Below are positions 7,690 through 16,090 of a DNA stretch of 64,000 nucleotides, one piece after another. The notes under the pieces are model-generated. The model saw only the letters and a program-made list of their open reading frames with translations. It made no database searches and was not told the DNA's origin. Within the stretch, counting starts at the first letter, position 1, and the number at the start of each line of letters is the position of its first letter. The position numbers and the translations under genes are program-made. This DNA comes from Nibricoccus sp. (GTDB taxonomy: Bacteria > Verrucomicrobiota > Verrucomicrobiia > Opitutales > Opitutaceae): positions 2,272,001 to 2,336,000 of the forward strand of contig JASGHG010000001.1 in the NCBI GenBank assembly GCA_047602425.1, written 5' to 3'.

Positions 7690-10245
7690 CTATTGCGAAC
7701 GCGGCGTGAGGAGAGTGCCGACCGTGGCGTTAAATTGCTCGGTATTGAATGGTTTGGGTAGGAGGCGGTCGACCTTGAGTTCCTGGAGGACGCGAAGATT
7801 TTCGTCGGAGACCCGGCCGCTCATGACGACAATGCGGCCCTTGAAAGGCAGTGCGCGCAAACGCTTGATGAGGTCGATGCCGTCCATTTGAGGCATACTG
7901 AGGTCGACGAGCAGGAGATCGTAGGCGTCGTAGTTGTTGGAAAGTTCCTGCCAGGCCTTGAGTCCGTCGTCTTGCGCGGAGACGTTGCAACCACGGCGCT
8001 GGAGCATTCGGGTGGCGGTGCGGGCGATGAGAGGTTCGTCTTCGACGACAAGCACGCGGGCCTGACTGGTTGGAGGAACGGGCGTCGCTGAGTCGGCTTT
8101 TTGCGAGGCGGGCAACGGAGCGCGGGTTTCGCGGCGCGGCAGGTAGATGTGAAAAGCCGAGCCTTCGCCGGGTTTGCTCTCCACCTCGATATCGCCTCCG
8201 GCGTCGGTCACCTGGTGCCAGACCATGGAAAGTCCGAGGCCCGTGCCCTTGCCCACTTCCTTAGTGGTGTAGAATGGTTCGAAAATGCGGTCGACGATTT
8301 CGGGCGGTATGCCCATGCCATTGTCTTCGACGGTGAAACGTTGCCAGCCGGTGATGCCATCAAGGCTGGCGGTCGCACGTGGCGAGCGTTGGCGACCGGC
8401 CGGCAGGGCGGTGACGGAGATTCGCAGGCGAGGCTGCCAGCCGGGATCCGAGATTTTCCCGAGTTTTTCGAGGAGGGTATCGCGGGCGTTGAGGACGAGA
8501 TTGAAAACGATCTGGTTGAAATCCGTGGGATTAAAAGCGACGGGCGGCAAGTCGGGCGGCAGGTCATTTTCCCAGCGGATGCGACGGTCGACCATGGTCT
8601 TGAGCAACGCTTCGCAATTGGCGATCGCCTCGGTGAGGCGAACCGAGCGGGCGGGATCGTCTACTTTGCGACCGAAGGCGAGCAATCGTTTGGTGAGATC
8701 CGCGGCGCGCTGGGCGGCTTGGTCGATGATGTTGAGCTCCTCATTGGAGACGGTGACTGGTTGAGGAGCCGCCCGCAGCATGCTTGAGGTGGCGAGGATG
8801 GGAGTGAGGAGATTGTTGAATTCGTGGGCGATGCCGCCGACGAGTTCTCCGAGGGCGCGGAGCCGGCGCGACTTGGCAATTTCCTGATCCATCAAACGCC
8901 GCTTGGTGACATCGGCGGTAAGAATGCAGATGCGGCGGCCTTCCCCGTGGCTGTCGAGCGGCACGGTGGTGGCCTCGAGCAGGCGCTTGGAACGGGGAAG
9001 CTGCACCTCCCAGCGCTCGGGCTTGTCGCTGGTTTTTTGCCGGGCAATGGCCTCCGCCAGAAACGATTGCATTTCCTTGGTGAGGTTTAGCTCGGAGATG
9101 GGCCGGATGGCATCGCCTTTTTTTTCAAGGCTGAACAACAGCGTGGCCTCTTGGTTGAGGGAGATGAGCAACGGATCGCCGACCGCGGGGATTTCCACAA
9201 CGAGCGTGGCCAACGGATGTTTGTCGTAGAGGGCGGCGAGTAAGGAACGTTGTTCGGCCAGTTCGGTCGCCTGGCGCGTGATGCGTTTCGAGAGCGTGCG
9301 CTGGCGGAGGTAGGCCCACAGCGCCACGGAGCAAATCAAGGCCAGCGCAATAGCCACGGCGCTGACGATCTCACCGTAAGTGAAAGGCGCGCGATCGAAA
9401 CGACCGAACCAACGCTCGTAAATTTCCTCGAACTCGCCGGTGCGATGGAGCACCGCAATCCCCTCGTTGACGCGCGCGAGGAGCTGCGCGTCGCCTTTCC
9501 GGACCGCGGTGCAATACCGGACATCGTAGCCGCGTATGCCGTCGATGATCGTGAGATTTTTCAGATGAAAGCGTTTGATCAACGTGACCGCCGTCAGTCG
9601 CGACATGATGAGGGCGTCATATTTACCTTGGGACAGCGCGCGCAATTGCTCCTCGGTAGTCGGCGCGTATTCACGGATGACGTCGGGGTGTTGCTCGGTT
9701 ATGTAGAGTTCTCCCACCGTGCCTTTTTGACCGACAGCGACATGCTTGCCGCGCAAATCGGCCGGAGTTTTGACGGAGCCGTCCTTTCGAATGACGACTA
9801 CCGTTTCGAAGCGCAGGATCGGCACGGAAAAATCCATCGTATTGCGCCGCAGCCGGGTCTCACTCCAGAGCGGGATCAAGTCGACGCGGCCGGACAGAAG
9901 CGCATCGTTGAGCTCGACGTTGACGACGCCCTGCGCGCGAATGTTCAGCTTCATCTCGCGAGCGACTGCCGCCATTAGGTCGACGGCGAACCCCTTTAAA
10001 ACGCCATCGCGATCGCGAAAAGAGTACGGGTAAAAGGCCTCTTGCGAACCACTGATAACCGGTAAATTCAGATCGCGCTCCGGGACGGCCGGTGCGGGTT
10101 CGACCGCGCGGGCGGGCGGACACGTTGCAAAAACCGCAGAAACCACAAGCCAGGCCCAAAGACCGGCTGCGCGATACCCGCTCGATCCGCAACGAGGCCG
10201 GGCACAGCGATGGCCTGTAGGCAGGCGTGGGGTGTCGGGCATCAT
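7690..10245 (-). CDS. Hybrid sensor histidine kinase with periplasmic solute-binding (family 3) domain
   Basis: SBP_bac_3-like N-terminus (YPYSF-D-DG-LKGFAVDL), TM helix, GGIAHEFNNLL, FEPFYTTK-GKGTGLGL, C-terminal receiver (VEDE, DLSMP). Start approximate. Confidence 0.9.
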   Translation of the reverse strand: MMPDTPRLPTGHRCARPRCGSSGYRAAGLWAWLVVSAVFATCPPARAVEPAPAVPERDLNLPVISGSQEAFYPYSFRDRDGVLKGFAVDLMAAVAREMKLNIRAQGVVNVELNDALLSGRVDLIPLWSETRLRRNTMDFSVPILRFETVVVIRKDGSVKTPADLRGKHVAVGQKGTVGELYITEQHPDVIREYAPTTEEQLRALSQGKYDALIMSRLTAVTLIKRFHLKNLTIIDGIRGYDVRYCTAVRKGDAQLLARVNEGIAVLHRTGEFEEIYERWFGRFDRAPFTYGEIVSAVAIALALICSVALWAYLRQRTLSKRITRQATELAEQRSLLAALYDKHPLATLVVEIPAVGDPLLISLNQEATLLFSLEKKGDAIRPISELNLTKEMQSFLAEAIARQKTSDKPERWEVQLPRSKRLLEATTVPLDSHGEGRRICILTADVTKRRLMDQEIAKSRRLRALGELVGGIAHEFNNLLTPILATSSMLRAAPQPVTVSNEELNIIDQAAQRAADLTKRLLAFGRKVDDPARSVRLTEAIANCEALLKTMVDRRIRWENDLPPDLPPVAFNPTDFNQIVFNLVLNARDTLLEKLGKISDPGWQPRLRISVTALPAGRQRSPRATASLDGITGWQRFTVEDNGMGIPPEIVDRIFEPFYTTKEVGKGTGLGLSMVWHQVTDAGGDIEVESKPGEGSAFHIYLPRRETRAPLPASQKADSATPVPPTSQARVLVVEDEPLIARTATRMLQRRGCNVSAQDDGLKAWQELSNNYDAYDLLLVDLSMPQMDGIDLIKRLRALPFKGRIVVMSGRVSDENLRVLQELKVDRLLPKPFNTEQFNATVGTLLTPRSQ

Positions 10246-10391
10246 GTTTATCCGCTCTGGCGGGCCAGTGAGGTTTGCGGATCTTCGCGTAAAACCGCTT
10301 TCAAGCCAGCCGAAAAAGACGGAGTAAACTCCCCAGTTGACGACACGGGCTTCGCCTTGCGTTTGACGCTTTTCCGTGGCGAAAATGCCCC

Positions 10392-11573
10392 ATGATCTAT
10401 CGCCGTTTCGGACGCACCGGTTTGAACATGCCCGTTTTTACCTGCGGTGGAATGCGTTATCAGCACAAATGGCAGGATGTGCCGCCCGGGGAAATTCCGC
10501 TCGATGGACAAGCCAACGTTGAGGCCTGCATCGAGCGCGCGCTTTCGCTGGGCATCAATCATATCGAGACTGCACGCGGTTACGGCACGTCGGAGATGCA
10601 GCTTGGGCGAATCCTCCCGCGGCTTCCGCGCGATAAAATCCTCGTGCAGACCAAGGTCTCGCCCGCGGCGACAGCGGCGGAATTTCGTGCGAACTTCGAA
10701 AAGTCCATGGCTTACCTCGGATTGGATCACGTGGACCTGTTTTCCATGCACGGCATTAACAACCGCCAGCTGCTCGAATGGACCCTCAGGCCGGGCGGTT
10801 GTTTGGCCGAAGCGCGGAAACTTCAGAAAGAAGGCCGCGTGCGTTTTATTGGATTTTCGACCCACGCCACGACCGACATCATTCTTGAGGCGGTCGAAAC
10901 CGGGGAGTTCGATTACGTGAATCTGCACTGGTATTTCGTGAACGAGCTCAACTGGCCGGCGGTTGCGGCGGCGAAACGGCACGACATGGGTGTGTTTATC
11001 ATCAGCCCCAACGACAAAGGCGGAAAACTCCAGGACCGCCCGCCCGTGATGGCCGGACTGACGACGCCTTTCACGCCGATGCAGTTCAACGACCTGTTTT
11101 GTTTCGCGCGACCGGAGATCCACACGCTTAGTCTCGGCGTTTCGCGGCCGACGGACTTCGACGAACACGTTGCCATCCTCCCGCAGATCGAGAACGCCGC
11201 GAAACTGGTCGCTCCGATTGAGGCCAAACTACGCGCGCGGATGGTCGAGGTGCACGGAGCCGATTGGTGCGCACGCTGGCCGGAAGGGCTGCCGCACTAC
11301 GTCGATGTGCCCGGTGAGATCAATGTCGCCGAAATCATGCGGCTTTGGACCTACGGACAAGGCTTGGACCTCGTGCCTTGGGCGAAAATGCGTTATAACC
11401 TCCTGGGTCAGGCAGACCACTGGTTCCCCGGCAAAAACTCGGCGAAGTTCGATGCCGCAAAGCTCGCACCCTGCCTGAAACACAGCCCCTTTGCCGAACG
11501 CATTCCCGACCTGCTGCGCCAAGCGCACGCCAACTATTTCGAAGCCCCAAAAAAACGCCTCAGCCAAAGTTAA
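10392..11573 (+). CDS. Aldo/keto reductase
   Basis: YRRFGRTGL, GINHIETARGYGTSE, QTKV, GRVRFIGFSTH. Confidence 0.88.
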   Translation: MIYRRFGRTGLNMPVFTCGGMRYQHKWQDVPPGEIPLDGQANVEACIERALSLGINHIETARGYGTSEMQLGRILPRLPRDKILVQTKVSPAATAAEFRANFEKSMAYLGLDHVDLFSMHGINNRQLLEWTLRPGGCLAEARKLQKEGRVRFIGFSTHATTDIILEAVETGEFDYVNLHWYFVNELNWPAVAAAKRHDMGVFIISPNDKGGKLQDRPPVMAGLTTPFTPMQFNDLFCFARPEIHTLSLGVSRPTDFDEHVAILPQIENAAKLVAPIEAKLRARMVEVHGADWCARWPEGLPHYVDVPGEINVAEIMRLWTYGQGLDLVPWAKMRYNLLGQADHWFPGKNSAKFDAAKLAPCLKHSPFAERIPDLLRQAHANYFEAPKKRLSQS

Positions 11574-11808
11574 CCGTTCGGGCGCGAATGACAAAACGGC
11601 AGTCTGGGAAGCCTCACCCCAAAACGGTGGTCACTTAACGAAGAGCTGCATTTCTGCCCAAATACTGAGGGGACGCAATTTGCCCGGATTTTCTTACACC
11701 GCGTCGGAAAATTTTACGGAAAAACGCGCCGTGTGGCCGCATTGGCTTTTGGCCTTTAGCAATCTTACATTCGTTCTATAAAAGGGTTAGGTGAACGCAT
11801 TCGCCTTA

Positions 11809-11824
11809 AGGCACATAATATGCT
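11809..11824 (+). promoter_or_regulatory. Candidate sigma-54 (-24/-12) promoter
   Basis: AGGCACATAATATGCT has GG-N10-GC spacing with GGCAC and TGCT, ending 18 bp before the ATG at 11843. Confidence 0.55.
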
Positions 11825-11842
11825 AATACAAGGTATTGGCGT

Positions 11843-12466
11843 ATGAGTGCTTTCTTCAAATTATCCTTTATTACCTTAATTTTGGCGCTGGGGACTGGAC
11901 TTCGCGCCAACAGTTACTGGGGGACCATAACCCAGACCGTCACGCATTCGGACAGCAGTTACTACCAAGTCGGCATGGTCGTGCAAGGGTGGTACTGTTA
12001 TGAGGCCGATAGTGCCGACGGCATATTTACCGGCCGCGATTCACGCTGGGAGCTGCCCGGCCAACCCATGACTTTAAAGGGCGAGGTGTGCGGCTTTTTT
12101 GGCCTTTTCGATTTGCTCGGTACGCTGACCGTCGGCGACTCATTCGGTTATCTGCATTACACGTCGCTTACGGTGGAGGATGGCGAAGTGGCGGCCTTCA
12201 ACATGGACGGAGAGAGCGGCGGCTCGGACTACCGGTTTTATTTCGATCATTTCAAATGTACCGAACTTATGAACGGACGCACAGTCGAGGGGCTGCTTTC
12301 GTTTGGCGCGCCGACGCTCAAAAGCGCGGAAAACGTTCCGGACGGCGGCAACACCTTGTTTGGCGTTTGTGCCGGGTTCGTTGTTTTGGGAATTTTCGCC
12401 CGCTGGCGTTCTCAAAAGCTCGCAGTGAGTGAGAGAGCGTACGTGCGAGTTCGCCAGTCGCCGTAA
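11843..12466 (+). CDS. VPDSG-CTERM (PEP-CTERM-like) sorting-domain protein
   Basis: Signal peptide; C-terminal NVPDGGNT, hydrophobic helix, then RWRSQK basic cluster. Confidence 0.8.
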   Translation: MSAFFKLSFITLILALGTGLRANSYWGTITQTVTHSDSSYYQVGMVVQGWYCYEADSADGIFTGRDSRWELPGQPMTLKGEVCGFFGLFDLLGTLTVGDSFGYLHYTSLTVEDGEVAAFNMDGESGGSDYRFYFDHFKCTELMNGRTVEGLLSFGAPTLKSAENVPDGGNTLFGVCAGFVVLGIFARWRSQKLAVSERAYVRVRQSP

Positions 12467-15400
12467 CATTGATATCCGGCGCCCGAAGGGTCGTTGGCAT
12501 AGTACGGGAACGCGGCATCGAAGACGTTGTTCACGCGCAACTGGGCGCGTAGACCTTGTTTTTTGCCCATCCAAGGAAGCCAGCGGCTGAGTTCACATTG
12601 CGTATAAATGTCGAACTGCCAGAAAGAGGCAACGCGGCTGCCGCCTTGTGCGGCGCGTTCGCTGAGCGGCAACGGACGTGAACCGTAGTAACGGCCGTCC
12701 AGGCCAAACCCGATGGTGTTGTTGGACCAATCGGCGCCAATGCTTGCGCGGTGGGCAAGAAGGCCGCCGGCGGTGCCGTCGGGTTCGCTGAGCTGATCGA
12801 CCGCTGGACTCAAGGGCAGCACTTTGCGATCGTAGCGTTCATAACCAATCCAGCGGCTATAAAGCTCCAGCGTGCCTTTGAGGCAATCGGTCCAAGTGTA
12901 ATCGAGGGTGAGATTCCAGTTGGCCGATTGGCGACTGGCGACGTTGATGACGCCGGTGGTGATATTCGCGACCCGGCCGGCAGTGTGAGTGTCGCCGGGT
13001 GCGAGCGGTGCGCGGATCACGCGAGAAGGCCAGACAGTTTCAAGATCGACCGCGGTTTGGGCGGAAAGGTAAATGATCTCGAGGGCTTTTTTTGTCATCA
13101 CGTAGTCGAGCGTGGTGCGAACGCGGTGGACTTGGCCAATTTCATGGACGAGGCCCACGGTGCGCGTGACGGCGGACTCGGGTTTGAGCCCACGGTTGGG
13201 AGCATCACGCGAGGTGATGGAGTAAGTCTCGTCCCGGAGCGGATCGTAGATCGTGGGATATTCGATCGGGCCGGCGCCGGGCGTGGCATCGTCGCCGAGG
13301 GTGTTGCGTACGCCCATCGCAGGCGTGGGGAACCGGTTCGCGGTGGCCACGCTGCCGCGCAAGGCGAAGCCGTGAAGGAAATTAATTTTCAGGGCGACAG
13401 CGGGGGCGAGATTGGATTCTGCGCCTGAGCTGGCTGCCACATAACGCGCGCCGAAGTCTGTATCGATGCTGCGGATACCGCGGGGCAGCCAGCGGGCCGG
13501 CAGGAGCGGTGCCTGTAATTCCCCGAAGGCGCTGTAACGGGTGATGCCGCGGCTCAACCACACGATTGGGTTCTCGGCGAAAGAGCCGTCGGAGTAGACG
13601 GCCGTGTCGGTGTGCGAGGACAGGTGATTGTTGCGGTAGTCGACGCCAAGGGCGAGCGTTGCGCCCCCGGTGGGAAGAGTGAGTGCCTGATTGGTGAGGC
13701 GCAATGCGGCGTCGTAGGTTTGATAGTCGCTCAGCGTGACGAACCGATTGCGACCGCCACGATAAATCAGGGCTTCATCGTAGAACGCAGCTGGTGGATT
13801 GAAAACCTGGGTGTCGCGAAGCGGGTTGTAGACGCCTCGGTCAACCAGCGACTGCCAGCGGGCGCTATCGATGCCGGCGAGTCCGCGAAATTCAGTGGTG
13901 CTATTCGTGGCTTGAAGGTCGATCGAAAGACGCCATTCGGCGGGGAGGCGCACGAGCGCAGCAAGGACAAGCGCGTTGAAATCGATGTGGGCTTCGCTGT
14001 AATTTTCGCCAAGCGCGGGCGTGAATTCGTTGAGGGAAACGAGTACGTTTTGACCGAAGGGATTCAGCGGATTGGCGGCGCCGAGGGTGAGGTCGCCCGA
14101 AAAAGCATCAAAGCCGCGATTGATCACCGAACGGGAAAGCATGACGTCGGCACCAAGCTGAAGGTTCGGCAATACATCGTACGTGGCGGCTGCGAGCGCA
14201 GCACTGCGCCGTTCGCGACGGCCGAAGGGATAGTGCAGTGCGCCGGGCAAGGCAACGAGGCCGGTATCAGCGGGGGCGAAAAGTTCGGTCGTGCGCAAGC
14301 CTTGGCGTCCGGCAAATGCGGGAAGGCCACCCGAGCCACTGGCGCCGGGCGCGACGGATGTCACGGTGGAGGTGCCGGGGCCAAAAAGCGGTGCGCTGGA
14401 AGCGCTGCGAACGTTGGGCGTGGCGCCGTAAAGCGGGATGTTGGCGGAAGCAGCCGCAACGTCAGATATGCGGAAGTACCCGAGATCGGCCTTCGTCGGC
14501 GGGGTGGAACGCGCGAAGTTGGCGTTGAGGCGCAGGCGAAGTTTTCCATTGAGCAAAACACGGCCGTGTTGAAGCGAGACGGAGGACTGTGGCGCACTGA
14601 AACGATGCAGGGCATCTGTGTAGGTAGTCGTGAGTTCGGTCGTGTCGAGATCGGGGCGAAGGACGATGTTGACGACGCCGCCGATGGCGTTGCCGCTGTA
14701 AAGCGCGGAAGCGGAAATTGGAAGAACTTCGACCTGTTGAACGAGACTGAGCGGAATGAAATTCAAATCGGCCGCACCGAGATCGGCGGAACCGGGCGCG
14801 GGTGGCGACTCGGGCAACCGGCGACCGTTGAGAAGAATGATGGTGGCATCGGTGCCGAAACCGCGGAGATTGAGATTGGCGCTGCCGGTGGAGAACACGT
14901 CCTGCAAGCCGCTTTGCTCCGGAGGGCGCGTGGCGGCATCGGAGTCGAGGAGTTCGCGTTGGAGAAAAGCATTGAGGTTGATCACTCCGCTGCGTTCGAC
15001 CTGTTCGCGGTTGTAAATGCGGTAGGGGAGCGCGCCATCCTGTGTGCGCGGAAGATCGATATTCCCGCCGGCGATGCGCGGGATGAGTAGGGCTTCGCCA
15101 CGGGCGACGGCACCGAGCCGGCGGCTTCTTTCTTCGACAACGTAGGTGTCCAAACGCGTGATTTCGTCCGCGGGCTGGAGCGTTTGAGTTTCAACTTCGA
15201 GTGTGCGTCCGGCTACGACCACGAGGCCCGCCATGCGCAAGGGCCGAAACCCATTACCGGTGGCAACAAGTTCGTGAAGGCCCGGCTTAACATCTGAAAA
15301 GAAATAAGTCCCCTGGCCATCGGTCTCTGTGGCGATCCGCACATCCGCCAACATCACGCTGACGCCGACGGCTGGAGCGCCATCGGAGGCGAGCAAATGG

Positions 15401-15498
15401 CCTTTGATGCTGCCGCTGTTTGCCTCCGATTTGGCCGACGCGATGGCCGTTGCCAAAAAGGCAAAGGGCAGGATGAACAGGACGATGAAACGTGGCAT
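12412..15498 (-). CDS. TonB-dependent receptor with N-terminal carboxypeptidase-regulatory-like domain
   Basis: Signal peptide from ATG 15498; plug motifs NLRGFG...LLNGRRL and VEVL...SALYSGNAIGGVVNI; VNNVFD; C-terminal Phe. Confidence 0.9.
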   Translation of the reverse strand: MPRFIVLFILPFAFLATAIASAKSEANSGSIKGHLLASDGAPAVGVSVMLADVRIATETDGQGTYFFSDVKPGLHELVATGNGFRPLRMAGLVVVAGRTLEVETQTLQPADEITRLDTYVVEERSRRLGAVARGEALLIPRIAGGNIDLPRTQDGALPYRIYNREQVERSGVINLNAFLQRELLDSDAATRPPEQSGLQDVFSTGSANLNLRGFGTDATIILLNGRRLPESPPAPGSADLGAADLNFIPLSLVQQVEVLPISASALYSGNAIGGVVNIVLRPDLDTTELTTTYTDALHRFSAPQSSVSLQHGRVLLNGKLRLRLNANFARSTPPTKADLGYFRISDVAAASANIPLYGATPNVRSASSAPLFGPGTSTVTSVAPGASGSGGLPAFAGRQGLRTTELFAPADTGLVALPGALHYPFGRRERRSAALAAATYDVLPNLQLGADVMLSRSVINRGFDAFSGDLTLGAANPLNPFGQNVLVSLNEFTPALGENYSEAHIDFNALVLAALVRLPAEWRLSIDLQATNSTTEFRGLAGIDSARWQSLVDRGVYNPLRDTQVFNPPAAFYDEALIYRGGRNRFVTLSDYQTYDAALRLTNQALTLPTGGATLALGVDYRNNHLSSHTDTAVYSDGSFAENPIVWLSRGITRYSAFGELQAPLLPARWLPRGIRSIDTDFGARYVAASSGAESNLAPAVALKINFLHGFALRGSVATANRFPTPAMGVRNTLGDDATPGAGPIEYPTIYDPLRDETYSITSRDAPNRGLKPESAVTRTVGLVHEIGQVHRVRTTLDYVMTKKALEIIYLSAQTAVDLETVWPSRVIRAPLAPGDTHTAGRVANITTGVINVASRQSANWNLTLDYTWTDCLKGTLELYSRWIGYERYDRKVLPLSPAVDQLSEPDGTAGGLLAHRASIGADWSNNTIGFGLDGRYYGSRPLPLSERAAQGGSRVASFWQFDIYTQCELSRWLPWMGKKQGLRAQLRVNNVFDAAFPYYANDPSGAGYQCYGDWRTRTYALSLTASF

Positions 15499-16090
15499 GG
15501 TGCGGGTGATGTGTGAATCCGGCCTGGAGCCCTCGGGCACGCATCCGAAACGAAGTCGATGGGTAGCAGGACCTGGATAACGTTCAAGAAGTTGTTCACT
15601 GTTGAAGGCGTCCGTCGTTGCGTTCCGACAAAATAAAAAGGCCCAATGGTTTCGGACACCTTGGAAAAGGTTAGCTTTTTGGGCGTAAAACAGATGTGGC
15701 GGCGAACGTTATAGTCTGAGCCGATTGTTCTCCGTTTTGACGCGCGAAACAATCGCGCTGCTCCCGTTGAGGCTCAAGCCCCTCAGGTCCGGCATAAATT
15801 GTTTCAGGCCGACTCGCAAATTTCTCGTGACTGGTTAATGCATGAGGAACCTTTCCACGACGGCGCGGTCAGGCGTGAGGCTCGGAAATAACAAAACGGG
15901 GGGATTAAAACATGCATTTATCGCACCGCCGCGGGCGAAGCGTGAGCTCCTTTCTTCAGGAGCGAGCGGCGCCGTTCTCCTCCGCCAATCATTTCGAACC
16001 CAAGGGAAATATTACCGATATCTAACGGTTTGGATTTTGCGATTTCCAACTTCTATTTCCGGCTCCCCCAACCCCAAAAATAACAACCCC

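Noticed and set aside
15842..16090. N-terminal extensions in the ORF track (also at 1543, 26071, 39574, 47475, 24667 and 15540)
   Set aside because: Downstream ATGs give proper signal peptides, expected domain starts or coupled overlaps.
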